This document shows positions 30,758 to 40,849 of a stretch of DNA of 64,000 nt, in pieces. How positions within the stretch are numbered: the first letter of the stretch is position 1; each line of letters starts with the position of its first letter. The notes below the pieces were generated by a model, which worked only from the letters and a program-made list of their open reading frames with translations, made no database searches and was not told the DNA's origin. Origin of the DNA: an uncultured delta proteobacterium (GTDB lineage: Bacteria > Myxococcota_A > Polyangia > Polyangiales > JAFGIB01); the NCBI GenBank assembly GCA_963778655.1, contig CAVZVA010000003.1, positions 288,001 to 352,000 of the forward strand, read 5' to 3'. Both the position numbers and the translations under genes were made by a program.

Positions 30758-32183
30758 GGCTCTCCTAACACGTGAGTGGGCGTGAATTCGGGACGACGCG
30801 CACGGGGGCGAGTCGGGGCAGCGAGCAGCAGAGGAAGAGCAACGCGATGAGGCTCTTTGCGCTGTGAAAGCCGTAGGCGCGGCGCGTGAGGACGCGGACC
30901 TTGCCGTTGGTACCCTCGGCTCGGCCGTTGGAGAGGCCGGTGTCGACGTAGGCGAGGATGCCCTGCATGTGCTTGCGGATGGTGCGTCCGGCCTTGACGA
31001 AGGGCTCGAGTCTGGAGCGGGCCGCCCATTGCAGCCAGCCCAGGAGCTGATCGCGGGCTACGAAGTACTGGCGTCGGTCGAGCACATCGACGAGTGCCTC
31101 CTTGAGCAGGTAGGCGCGGTAGAGCGGACGGTTGGTCGCCTGAACGGTGGCGAGCTTGCGGCGCTCGAGGCTGGAGAGGTTCTCGGGGTTCTTCTGCAAC
31201 ACGAAGCGCGTGTTCTTCAGCGCTCGACGCTGCTCGCGGTCCTGGTGCTCGGCCACCATCGCGCGGCGAACCTTGTCGAGCGCGTCGTGTGCGAGCCGCT
31301 GGACGTGAAAGCGGTCGAACACGAGCACGGCGTACGGAGCATGCGCTTTGACGGATTTGATGTACGGTTGCGACATGTCGATGGTGATCGCTCGGAGCTG
31401 CCCGCAGCGTTCGGGGCCCAGCTCCGTGAAGAACTTGTCGAGCGTCTCGGCGTTCTTGCCTTCGTGCACCCAGACGATCCTACCGCTGTCGTGGTCGGTG
31501 ACGATGGTGACGTACTGGTGGTGGCGGCGGTAGCTGAGCTCGTCGATGCCGATCGTGCGCAGTCCGCTGAGCCGGTCATCGGGACTGAGCCGCTTGACCA
31601 CGCGCTCGACGATGCTGCCGACAGTGCGCCAGGCGATGCCCATCAGCTCGACGACCGCGCTCTTGTCCATGCGTTGCGCCAGGTAGGCGACCTGCTGCTC
31701 GAAGGGGCGCGTGAACGCCGAGTCGGGCTCGGCCCAGGGGACGAGCTCGGTGCACACGCCGCAGCGGCCGCAGTCCACACGGCGCAGGTCGTAGCCCAGC
31801 TCGACCCGCATGCCTCCGAGGTCCAGGTGCCGCCAGCGACGATCGGGCCGACGATCGTACAGCCGCCGGCAGCGGCACCCGCAGCCGCCGCACCGGGCGA
31901 CCCGCGTGGTGGGCGCGACCTGGATCACCAGGGTGTCCTCCTCGAATTGGCAACCTCGGGCTCGAACCCACTTCATTCCCAGGATGTTCGTCAGTACCTT
32001 CGTCAAGTGCATGGCGGGGTGGCGGACCTCCGTTGGTGTCGCAACCCGAAGGTACCAGAGCCTCGCCATGCGCCTGAAATCCGGCCCCACCAACCCGGGT
32101 GCGGCCCTCCGAGCCCCCTGTTTTCAAGCCACTTCCCGCGCCCCACTCACGCAACGCGCGCCCACTCATGCGTCAGGAGAGCC
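30758..32183 (-). mobile_element. ISL3-family IS, copy 1
   Basis: 23-bp imperfect TIRs GGCTCTCCT(A/G)AC(A/G)C(G/A)TGAGTGGG; no target duplication seen. Confidence 0.92.
30765..32012 (-). CDS. ISL3 transposase
   Basis: CxxC zinc finger, IGIDE, TIDMS, FDRFHV, SNGRAEGTNGKV, RRAYGF. Confidence 0.95.
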   Translation of the reverse strand: MHLTKVLTNILGMKWVRARGCQFEEDTLVIQVAPTTRVARCGGCGCRCRRLYDRRPDRRWRHLDLGGMRVELGYDLRRVDCGRCGVCTELVPWAEPDSAFTRPFEQQVAYLAQRMDKSAVVELMGIAWRTVGSIVERVVKRLSPDDRLSGLRTIGIDELSYRRHHQYVTIVTDHDSGRIVWVHEGKNAETLDKFFTELGPERCGQLRAITIDMSQPYIKSVKAHAPYAVLVFDRFHVQRLAHDALDKVRRAMVAEHQDREQRRALKNTRFVLQKNPENLSSLERRKLATVQATNRPLYRAYLLKEALVDVLDRRQYFVARDQLLGWLQWAARSRLEPFVKAGRTIRKHMQGILAYVDTGLSNGRAEGTNGKVRVLTRRAYGFHSAKSLIALLFLCCSLPRLAPVRVVPNSRPLTC

Positions 32184-32741
32184 CGAAAATTCTGGGTCCA
32201 CCGACCTGCGAAAGCCACCTGGCGAACCGTACGGCTTGCAACGCCTTCTTCTCGAAGTGGGTAACCCCGGCGGGCGCGTGGTAACTCGCGACCGTCAACG
32301 ACATGTCCCCAGGGCAATCGCATCAAGAGCACGCATTTTGTAAGCCAATTACGCGAAGCAAGAAGTCGTCATCCCAACCGGCGAGCAGCCTTCGGTTCTT
32401 GATGCCGCACTTGGCCTACCAGTTGTCCCCTTTCCACCAACTATCGACTTGATTGTCGTGGGCAACAGGACTGCGCCTTGGGCCAGCAATGCTGTTTCAC
32501 CACCGCCGGGACAGCGGACTGCCAGTCAGCATGCGGAGCGTTTGACCTGCGACTGTAGAATCAGGCGGTGAGTGCCCGACTGGACACGCCTGCAATGGCA
32601 CACCGGCGGGCCTGCCGTCGGGCGTCTCGGCGTGCAACTGAGCGCGGGGCGCCTCTATGAACGCACCGCGGGTGGCCGGGCTGCGTCCCTTGTCCTCGCC
32701 GACTTGGTGCGGGCGGTGGCCGTGCCGAGTAGACTCCCAGC

Positions 32742-33359
32742 GTGGATCGGCGGGCACACTGGGAACACATCTACGAGACGAGGTCGCCTGCCGCGGTCAG
32801 CTGGTATGCGGAGCACCTCGTGGACTCCTTGGCGTTGATCCGCGAGGTCGCGCCTCCCGCCAGCAGCATACTCGACGTTGGCGGTGGGGCGTCGACGCTG
32901 GTCGATGATCTGCTCGCAGCAGGGTATTCGAAGCTCGCCGTCCTCGACCTCTCGCAGGCGGCGCTCGACATCGCGCGTGCGCGGTTGGGCGAGCGGGCCG
33001 CGGGCGTGCGCTGGCTGCGCGCAGACATCACCGCGGCGAAGTTGCCGCCCGCGGCCTTCGACGTGTGGCACGACCGCGCGGTGTTCCACTTCCTGACCGG
33101 CGCGGTCGAGCGCCGCGCATACGTCGAGACCTTGCGCGGTTGCCTCGCGCGCGGCGGTCACGTCGTGATCGGCACGTTTTCCCTGCACGGGCCGAAGCGC
33201 TGCAGCGGGCTCGAGGTCGTCCAGTACGACGCAGCGGGGCTAGGCCGCGAACTGGGCGCCGATTTCACGCTGACGAAGGCGCTCGATCGCGTCCACGTCA
33301 CGCCGAGCGGCGCACAGCAGCACTTCGTCATGTGCCGTTTCCGGCACGCAGGCTCATGA
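32742..33359 (+). CDS. Class I SAM-dependent methyltransferase
   Basis: ILDVGGGAS, DVWHDRAVFHFL, GPKRCSGL. Confidence 0.9.
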   Translation: MDRRAHWEHIYETRSPAAVSWYAEHLVDSLALIREVAPPASSILDVGGGASTLVDDLLAAGYSKLAVLDLSQAALDIARARLGERAAGVRWLRADITAAKLPPAAFDVWHDRAVFHFLTGAVERRAYVETLRGCLARGGHVVIGTFSLHGPKRCSGLEVVQYDAAGLGRELGADFTLTKALDRVHVTPSGAQQHFVMCRFRHAGS

Positions 33360-33554
33360 CGCGCCCGGCCCAAAGCTCGAGCTCGGCCGCCGACAGGGCA
33401 TGCCCAGTGCCGAAATGCGAATCAGCGCTTCTGCTCCTCGCCCGTGACTTCGCTCCAAGCGGTGACGATGGCGCAACCGACCAATCACCTGGGCAGGGCA
33501 AAGCGAGCTCCGGCGCCTCGACGACCTTGACGAACGGGATGAGCTCGGGCACTT

Positions 33555-33570
33555 TAGACCGAACGGTCTA
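33555..33570. promoter_or_regulatory. NemR-type operator TAGACC-N4-GGTCTA
   Basis: TAGACCGAACGGTCTA 20 bp upstream of the TetR start. Confidence 0.8.
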
Positions 33571-33590
33571 GCTGGACCTAGCCGGGGCGA

Positions 33591-34166
33591 ATGGCGAGCG
33601 ACACGAAACAGCAGCTGCTCGAGCAGGGCTTGGCGATGCTCCTGAAGCACGGCTACCACGATCTCGGGATCGCGGCGCTGCTCGAGGCAACGGGCGTGCC
33701 GAAGGGGTCGTTCTACCACCACTTCGAGAGCAAGGAGGACTTCGGCATCCGCGTGCTCGACTTCTACATGAGCGGCGTGCATGAGGGCCTTGCGCACTTC
33801 ATGGGCGAAGAGCGCGTCGCGCCGCTCCGGCGGATCCGGAACTTCTTCGAGGCGACAGAGCAGAAGTATCGCGAAGAGGGCTACCTCGGGTGCCTGCTCG
33901 GCGGCCTCGGCCAGGAGCTCTCGGGCGTGAGCGAGACCTTCCGCGAGAAGGTCGAGGGCTGCTTCCGCGTGATCGCGAAGGCCATCAAGGGCTGCCTCGA
34001 CGACGCCGTGAAGAGCGGCGACCTCGCGAAGGGGACCAACACGAAGCAGCTCGCCGATCTGCTCGTGAACTGCTGGGAGGGCGCGGCGCTGCGCACGCGC
34101 ATCCTGCGCGACCCGGCGCCTCTCAAGCAGATGCTCGACTTCTACTTCCGCGCGGCGTCCGCCTAA
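33591..34166 (+). CDS. TetR-family regulator, NemR-like
   Basis: GVPKGSFYHHFESKEDFG, GCLLG, WEGA. Confidence 0.9.
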   Translation: MASDTKQQLLEQGLAMLLKHGYHDLGIAALLEATGVPKGSFYHHFESKEDFGIRVLDFYMSGVHEGLAHFMGEERVAPLRRIRNFFEATEQKYREEGYLGCLLGGLGQELSGVSETFREKVEGCFRVIAKAIKGCLDDAVKSGDLAKGTNTKQLADLLVNCWEGAALRTRILRDPAPLKQMLDFYFRAASA

Positions 34167-34207
34167 CCGAGTGACGCGAGCGCCGGGCGTTTGCATGTGC
34201 TTTCAAC

Positions 34208-34223
34208 AAGACCGACCGGTCTA
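34208..34223. promoter_or_regulatory. Second NemR-type operator
   Basis: AAGACCGACCGGTCTA upstream of the globin gene. Confidence 0.75.
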
Positions 34224-34252
34224 CTACTCGTCAAGACAAAGGAGAAACCAGC

Positions 34253-34630
34253 ATGGACAACCGTTCCCTCTTCGATCGCCTCGGCGGCCGCGACGGTATC
34301 GGCGGCCTCGTCGATGACGTCGTCGCGCTCCATACCGAGAACCCGACGATCCGCGCACGCTTTCGACCCTACCTGGAGCAGCCCGAGCGCCTGGCGACGA
34401 TCAAGCAGCACACGGTGGAGTTCTTCTCGATGGGCAGCGGCGGGCCCGCAACGTATTCCGGCCGGAGCATGCGCGACGCGCACCGCGGGATGAACGTCAG
34501 CGAGGCGGAGTACATGGCCGCGGTCGACGACATCCTGGCGGCGCTCGGTCGGCGAAACATCGACGAGCAGACGCAAAAGGACGTGCTGATGATCGTCTAC
34601 GGGCTCAAGGCGGAGATCCTCCACCTGTAG
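34253..34630 (+). CDS. Group 1 truncated haemoglobin
   Basis: SLFDRLGG, GGPATYSGRSMRDAHRGM. Confidence 0.9.
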   Translation: MDNRSLFDRLGGRDGIGGLVDDVVALHTENPTIRARFRPYLEQPERLATIKQHTVEFFSMGSGGPATYSGRSMRDAHRGMNVSEAEYMAAVDDILAALGRRNIDEQTQKDVLMIVYGLKAEILHL

Positions 34631-34757
34631 CCGACGCCAGGCGCGGTTTCTTGCCGTCGGAGCGTGCGGCCCGATCGAGCACCCGCGCGGCCCGCGTGCC
34701 CCTCGCGTCGAGCTGGGGCAGGGTCCGCGCGGGGCTCGGATCCCCGCTGCGCCCGCA

Positions 34758-34986
34758 TCAAGACCGCGTCATCGGTCCGATCGTCGAGTTGTAGCAGCAC
34801 TCCGGGTATGCGGTTCCGCAGCGCGTCGGGCCGCCCAGGGTCACGTCGAGGCTCAAGTTGCGCGCGCGGAATCCGCCCGCGACCTGCTCCAGCTCGGCGT
34901 CGGCAAGCTCTGCCGGGTTCGGGGGGCTGGCCTGCTGCTCGGGGGTCAGGCTGTTGCGATACTCGGCGTCTTTCCAGGCACGGACG
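34758..34986 (-). pseudogene. Mersacidin/lichenicidin-type lanthipeptide precursor lacking its native start
   Basis: VRAWKDAEYRNSLT...NPA...ELEQVAGG leader; Ser/Thr/Cys-rich core. Confidence 0.8.
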
Positions 34987-35064
34987 GCGGATAGTCGGGA
35001 TGAAGAGCCGATTGGAGCGCGGTGCAGTTGCAGGCGAGTTGACACATTGTGCTATGTGCGAAGC
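34987..35064. repeat. 78-bp repeat ending in dif-like site, copy 2 (site 35037-35064)
   Basis: AGTTGACACAT-TGTGCT-ATGTGCGAAGC. Confidence 0.9.
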
Positions 35065-36938
35065 GTGCGCCGCGAGGCGCGAGGAGGACCGATGAGCTGA
35101 AGAACTCATCAGTGCCCCGGGTCGGGCCGGGCGCTAAGGGCGTCGTGAACCCCGCCTAGGTTGGAATGGCGGGCTGCAAAAGCCGAACGACGTGAACCAC
35201 GGGCAACGAAAGCCTCGCGCTCTCGGTGGCTCGTTACCACAGGTGTCATGGCGAAGCACGCGCGCTCATTGGCGCGCACGTTGAAGCCGGTGTTGGAAGC
35301 CTCTGTATGGAGAAAAAACCGCCTCGTGCGGGAGATGCAGCGCGATCTGGACCGTTTGTTTCGTGCGGTCTGGAGCGCCCGGGCTCACGCCCGGCGCGTC
35401 GTGCGTCTGGTCCCGAATCGACGCCGACCGGAGCTGCCAGGGGTAAAGCCGACCGCCTACAACACCACGGGTTGTCCTCGTGAACGCGGGAACCGCCATC
35501 CGAGCGCCAGAGGTCGGTCTCTGGCAAGCCGCCAAGCCCGGCGACGTCTCGGAGGCGGGACGGAGCCGTCGTAGTAGTCCGAACGCGGGAAAGCCGCGTA
35601 CATGGCGAAGGACGGCAGTAGATGAGCGCAGCGGCGAAGTCGCAGGAGCAAGCCATGTATGTGGTCACTAAGGACGATCGTCTTTGGCTCCTGAACGTGC
35701 AACGCAAGCTGCACGCGCAAAGTCGGCAGCACCCGGACTACGTGTTCGAGAAGCTGTGGGGACTCGTCACCGATCCCCGCAACCTCCGAATCGCCTTCGC
35801 ACGTGTCCACCGCAACCGCGGACGGCGCACCGCGGGCATAGACCGGGTCACGGTGAGGCAAGTGCTGCGCTCGGGGGTCGAGCCATTCTTGCAGCAGGTC
35901 CGCGTGGACCTGCGCGCTGGCGTGTTTCGACCAAGCCCGGTTCGCCGGGTGCTCATTCCGAAAGCGGGCAAACCCGGGAAGTTCCGCCCTCTGGGGATCC
36001 CCACCGTGCAAGACAGGGTCGTTCAGGCCGCAGTGAAGAACATCATGGAGCCCATCTTCGAGGCGGACTTCTACCCCACCTCGTACGGCTTTCGACCTGC
36101 CAAGTCCGTTCACGGGGCCATTGCGCATCTCAAAATGCTGATGCTCCCGAGACCAGACCGACGCGCAAAGAAGCCCGATGTGCTCCCGTACCAGTGGGCG
36201 ATTGAAGGCGATATCAAAGGTTGCTTCGACAACATCGGCCATCACGGTCTGATGCAGCGGGTTCGACGACGTGTCACGGACACGAAGCTCAACCGGCTCG
36301 TCCTGGCATTCCTGAAAGCGGGGATCCTCTCGGAGGCGCGGTTTGTGCGCTCTCCGAGCGGCACACCGCAAGGAGGGATTCTTTCTCCCCTACTCGCCAA
36401 CATCGCGCTGAGCACCATCGACGAGCGGTACGAACGCCATGCTTGGCCACGTGGGCTCGCCACCCGGCGCTCTCACGTGGGTCGACCGAGCAAAGCGCTC
36501 ACCGAGCCCGACGACATTGCCCAGCGCGCGCTCGTCAATCGCGCCAACGACAGGCGGCGCGGTTTTCCGGTCTTGATGCCGATTCGGTACGCCGATGACT
36601 TCATCATCTTGGGCAGCGAACCCGCCGGCGCCCCCGCTGGCGGGCAACTCGCGAACCAAGAGAAGGCCGCCTTGGCGGGGGTGCTCGAGCGCGAGCTCGA
36701 CCTCACGCTCTCCGAGGAAAAGACGCTCGTCACGCCGGTGACGAGCACGATGGCGTTCCTGGGCCACCACGTGCGCGTACGACGCCACCCGAGCTCCGGG
36801 CGACTCGTAGCCCACGCGGTGATCCCCAAGGATCGCTCGAAGCGGTTGAGGCTGACCATCAAGGCGATCTTCTCGAGGGCAACCACGAGAAGTACGCTCC
36901 AGCAACGGCTGACGCTGCTGAATCCCGTGATCAAATCG
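35065..36938 (+). mobile_element. Group II intron, 3'-truncated (no domains V/VI seen)
   Basis: Starts GTGCG; about 590-nt leader before RT ORF; candidate EBS1 hairpin at 35349-35371. Confidence 0.88.
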
Positions 36939-36941
36939 TGA
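35655..36941 (+). pseudogene. Group II intron reverse transcriptase/maturase, truncated in the thumb/X domain
   Basis: RRVLIPK, RPLGIPTVQDR, SYGFRP, DIKGCFDNI, GTPQGGILSPLLAN, RYADD; ends abruptly at LNPVIKS. Confidence 0.93.
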
Positions 36942-37449
36942 TCGCGCCGTGGATCTTGCCGAGCACGGGGGCTGGACCGCGAAGCCGCCTGCGGCCGAGC
37001 TGGCTGCGCACTGGGATCAGCACTTTGCGGCGTGCACGCAGGCGCGCGACGGGTTGGCCGCCACCGTGGACGCGATCGCGCGGGCGGGGGTCCGCATGGG
37101 CGTGGTCACCAATGGGCCGACCGATCGGCAGCGGCGCAAGCTCGATGCGCTGGGTCTGCGCGATCGGTTCGATGCGGTGCTGATCTCGGCGGAGCTCGGG
37201 GTGGAGAAGCCCGACGCGCGGATCTTTGCTGCCGCTACCGCCCAGCTCGGCGTCGATCCGCGCGACTGCGTGTTCGTCGGCGACAACCCCGAAAAGGACG
37301 TCGCCGGCGCGGCGGCCGCCGGCATGCGGGCCGTGTGGCTCCGTGCGGCCTTGCCCTGGCCGCAGCAGATGGCTCCGCCGCGGGAGAGCATCGCCTCGCT
37401 TCGCGAGCTGCTCGATCTCGTCCTCCGCCCGGGTGATCTTGGTCGATGA
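36940..37449 (+). pseudogene. HAD-superfamily hydrolase, 5'-truncated
   Basis: VVTNG, EKPDARIF, FVGDNPEKDVAGA; motif I absent. Confidence 0.8.
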
Positions 37450-37657
37450 TCGCGTCGCGCGTGCAGAGCGAGACCTCCACGCGGGCAGCATGGCAACCGC
37501 ACCGCGGCGCGTCACTTGCGGTCTGCGTTCTTCGCGTCGATCGCAGCGGCGAGCGTCGAGGTTGAGCCGATCGGCAAGCGTTGCGGTACTGACACGACGA
37601 TGGGTTTGCGCGCGTGAGCGGGGTCGCTGCCGGCACGCATGCGCAAAAGAGAAGCCG

Positions 37658-38944
37658 ATGCCACGAGCGCGGGTCGCGATCATCACGAGCGTGCTGGTCG
37701 CGCTGGGGGGTATGGCCTGTGCGGGTGGCGGCGGTGGCGGAGGCGGCGCCGGCGGTGCTGGCGCCGCGGTGCAATCGGGTGTGGGCGGGAGAAGGCGCCA
37801 CGGGCTCGGGCGGCGGGTCCGCGCGCGCCGCGCACGCATGCGGGCGCCGGCGGTGGCATGGCCGCGGGCAGCGGTGGTGCCGGCGCCGCCGCAGCAGGCA
37901 GCGGCGGCGCGGACGCGGGAACGGGCGACGCTGCGGGCGCTGGCGGCGCCGGCGCTGCGCCTGCTTCCGGCAGCGGCGGCGCGGCCGCGGCGAGCGACGC
38001 GGGCATGGCGCCATCGAGCGGGGTGTGGCGGCCTTTCGACGACAGCAGCCCCTGGAACACGCCGATCGGCGACAACCCCGAGCTCGAGCCCGACAGCGCC
38101 ACGCGCATCGCCGACCTCGAACGAGCAGCCAGTACGGCTCGCACCTCGACGTCAACATCGCGGGCTATTCCATCCCGCTGTTCGACGCCGACGCCAGCAC
38201 GCCCAAGGTCATGGTGAGCTGCGACCTCGGCGGCCTCGGCTTTCCGGGCAACAACGGCATGACGCCAGCGCCATGGTGCCGTGGCCCGCCGGCGCGACGC
38301 CCGATCCGCAGAGCGACCACCACCTGCTGATCATCGATCACTCGAGCATGACCGAATGGGGGATGTGGAACGTGGTCGACGACGGCGGGCAATGGCACTG
38401 CGGGCTCGGCGCCACCATGGACCTGAGCGGCAGCGGCGTGCGGCCGCTGGCCGAGGGCAACCCGACCTGGTACACGTCGCACGGCCCGCGCGCGTGCGGC
38501 TTTGCGCTGGTCGCGGGGCTGATCCGGCGCGAGGAGATCGCGGCCGGCGCGATCGAGCACGCCCTGATCGTGGCCTACCCGCACATTCAGGCCGGCATCT
38601 GCGCCAGCTTCGCCGGCGAGCACCGCGCAGGCCAAGATCGGCAGCGACGCGATCAAGACCCGCGGCATCCCCTGCGGCGGCCGCATCCAGTACGACCCCG
38701 GCGTCGACGTCGGCGGCCTCGGCGTATCGCCGGCCGGGCAGGCCATCCTGCGCGCATTGCAGCAGTACGGCGCGTACGTGGGCGACTACTCGGGGAGCAT
38801 CAATCTCTACGCCGAAAACTCGGCCGAGGCGCAGCAGGCATGGAGCGGCGTGCTCGACACCTACGCGCTCAGGGACAAGATCGACCTGAGCGACTTCCGC
38901 GTAATCAGCTCGGCCCACAGTACGACAACGGCAACGGGGACTGA
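37658..38944 (+). CDS. Secreted/lipoprotein with Gly/Ala linker (several frameshifts)
   Basis: Signal with GMAC; PFDDSSPWNTPIG, SDHHLLIID, GAIEHAL and ALQQYGAYVGD lie in successive frames. Confidence 0.65.
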   Translation: MPRARVAIITSVLVALGGMACAGGGGGGGGAGGAGAAVQSGVGGRRRHGLGRRVRARRARMRAPAVAWPRAAVVPAPPQQAAAARTRERATLRALAAPALRLLPAAAARPRRATRAWRHRAGCGGLSTTAAPGTRRSATTPSSSPTAPRASPTSNEQPVRLAPRRQHRGLFHPAVRRRRQHAQGHGELRPRRPRLSGQQRHDASAMVPWPAGATPDPQSDHHLLIIDHSSMTEWGMWNVVDDGGQWHCGLGATMDLSGSGVRPLAEGNPTWYTSHGPRACGFALVAGLIRREEIAAGAIEHALIVAYPHIQAGICASFAGEHRAGQDRQRRDQDPRHPLRRPHPVRPRRRRRRPRRIAGRAGHPARIAAVRRVRGRLLGEHQSLRRKLGRGAAGMERRARHLRAQGQDRPERLPRNQLGPQYDNGNGD

Positions 38945-39015
38945 GCGGCGGCGGCGGCGCGCGCCGGCAGCGACGCCACCGCCACGCGGCTGCGCGCGTC
39001 GTGTAGGATGCGGCG

Positions 39016-40184
39016 ATGCCGCGGGGCGCGCGACGCAGCACCAGGGCGACGCACGCGCTGTGGGCGAGCGCGGCCGCGCTGTGCCTGACGTGCGCGAGCC
39101 ATGTGCAGGCGCAGCGCACCTCGTCGCTGAGCTGGGTGCGGCTGCGCGGCACCGAGTCGTGCATCTCGACCCAGGCGCTGGCCGAGCGGGTCGAGCAGCG
39201 TCTGGGCCGGCGCGCGTTCGTGTCCGCCTCGCAGGCCGACCTCTCGCTCGAAGGTCACGTCGAGCGCGCCAGCAACCCTGCCGGGTTCGTGGCGACGCTG
39301 GTGGTGAGCGACCGCGCGGGCCGGGCCCTGGGGCGGCGCGTGCTGCGCGTGGCGGGCGACGATTGCCAGCAGCTCGAGCCCTCGCTGGTGCTGGTGATCG
39401 CGCTCGCAATGAATCCCGGCACCGCGCTGGCGGCTGCAGGCGACTCGGCGCAGCCGCTTTCGCCCGAGGCGCAGGCCATGCTGGAGCAGCTCGGGCTGCC
39501 CGCGCTCAGCGAGCAGCAGCTGCGCGACGAGCTCGCGGTGCCGGAGCCGCACGTGCAGCCGGCCGGGCCACCTGCTGCGGTCGCAGCGCGCGCCGGCGCC
39601 CGCGTCGCGGCCTCGCACCGCGGCCCCGGCGGCCGCGCCGGCCCATGCTCCGCCACGGCTGCGATTGGGCCTGGGTGCGAACGGTGAGCTCGGCGTGCTG
39701 CCCGACCCGGGCCTCGGTCTGAGCTTCGGCCTGACGTGGATGCCCGCATGGCTGTGGCCGATCGACCTGTGGGCCACGGTCCTGGCGCCGCAGCGCATCG
39801 ACGCGGGTCCTGCCGGCGCGCGCGTGCGCTTCAGCTTCGCGGCCGCGGGGCTGGGGCTGTGTCCAGCCTCGCTCGCTTGGGCCGCGCTGCGGGCTGCGTG
39901 CCTGCGCCGGGATGCGGGCGGGCGTGCTTGCGGCGCACGGGCTCGGCTTCGTACAGGGCCGCTCTTCGAGCGGCGCCTGGCTCGCGCCCACGCTCTACAC
40001 CGGGGCCTGGCTGCGGCTGGGCCGCGCGGGCTCGCCGTTTTCGCTCCATGGCACCCTGGGGCTGGGCCTGCCGCTGGTGCGCGACACCTTTCGTTACGAG
40101 GACGCCCAGGGTCGGCTCCGGCCGGTGTACCGGCCGAGCGCGGTCAGCGGAAGGCTCGAGCTCGGCGCGGGCGTGAGCTTTTGA
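39016..40184 (+). CDS. Exported/outer-membrane protein upstream of ECF sigma (frameshifted)
   Basis: Signal peptide, SLSWVRLRGTESC; C-terminal LELGAGVSF. Confidence 0.65.
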
Positions 40185-40362
40185 TCAAAATCCTTGCCGC
40201 GACGCCGCACTCCACGCATGCCCACAGCAGGAGGAAACGACGGCGCTCACCCGCACCACCGACCGAGCCGAAGCGAGCGGCGCGACCGCCGGCGAGACAC
40301 CCGCCGGCCCCGCGGTCGACGCGCGCGAGTTTCCGGCGCTGTTCGCGGCCGAAGCGCCGCGG

Positions 40363-40830
40363 GTGTGGCGCGTGGTGCGGCGCATGGGCGTGCCCCAGGC
40401 CGACGTGGAGGACGTCTGCCAGGAGGTCTTTCTGGTGGTGTACCGGCGCTGGAACGAGCTGCGGGTGGAGACCGCGAGGCGCAGCTTCGTCTATGGCATC
40501 GCGCTGCGCAAAGCCATCGGCCACCGCCGCCGCAAGCACCTGCGGGTCACCACTGCGCTCGCCGAGGCGCAGGAGCCGGGCGTGGCGCCCGAGCAGCAGC
40601 GCAGCCTGGAGCGCGCGCAGACGAAGCAGGTGCTGCAGGCCGTGCTCGACAAGCTGAGCGACGAGCAGCGCGAGGTGTTCGTGCTGTACGAGCTGGAGCA
40701 GCTCGCGATGCGTCAGGTCGCCGCAGCCCTCGAGCTGCCGCTGCACACCGCGTATTCGCGGCTGTATGCGGCGCGCGACGCGCTCGCCGCGGAGCTGCGG
40801 CGGCTCGAGCGCAAGGGAGCGTGGCCATGA
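40363..40830 (+). CDS. ECF sigma-70 factor (true start probably further upstream)
   Basis: DVEDVCQEVFLVV, QREVFVLYELEQL, TAYSRLYAAR. Confidence 0.88.
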   Translation: MWRVVRRMGVPQADVEDVCQEVFLVVYRRWNELRVETARRSFVYGIALRKAIGHRRRKHLRVTTALAEAQEPGVAPEQQRSLERAQTKQVLQAVLDKLSDEQREVFVLYELEQLAMRQVAAALELPLHTAYSRLYAARDALAAELRRLERKGAWP

Positions 40831-40849
40831 GCCAGGAGCGGGTGCAGCC

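Noticed and set aside
32338..32360. Fourth dif-like site (TTACGCGAAGC)
   Set aside because: Only one partial arm matches, spacing is wrong and the 50-bp flank is absent.
35655..36941. RT as retron, DGR or defence RT
   Set aside because: Motifs and the GTGCG-started leader fit a group II intron; no template/variable repeat pair or msr-msd seen.
37658..40184. Programmed frameshifting in multiply broken genes
   Set aside because: Scattered single-base indels across many unrelated genes are better explained by sequencing error or decay.
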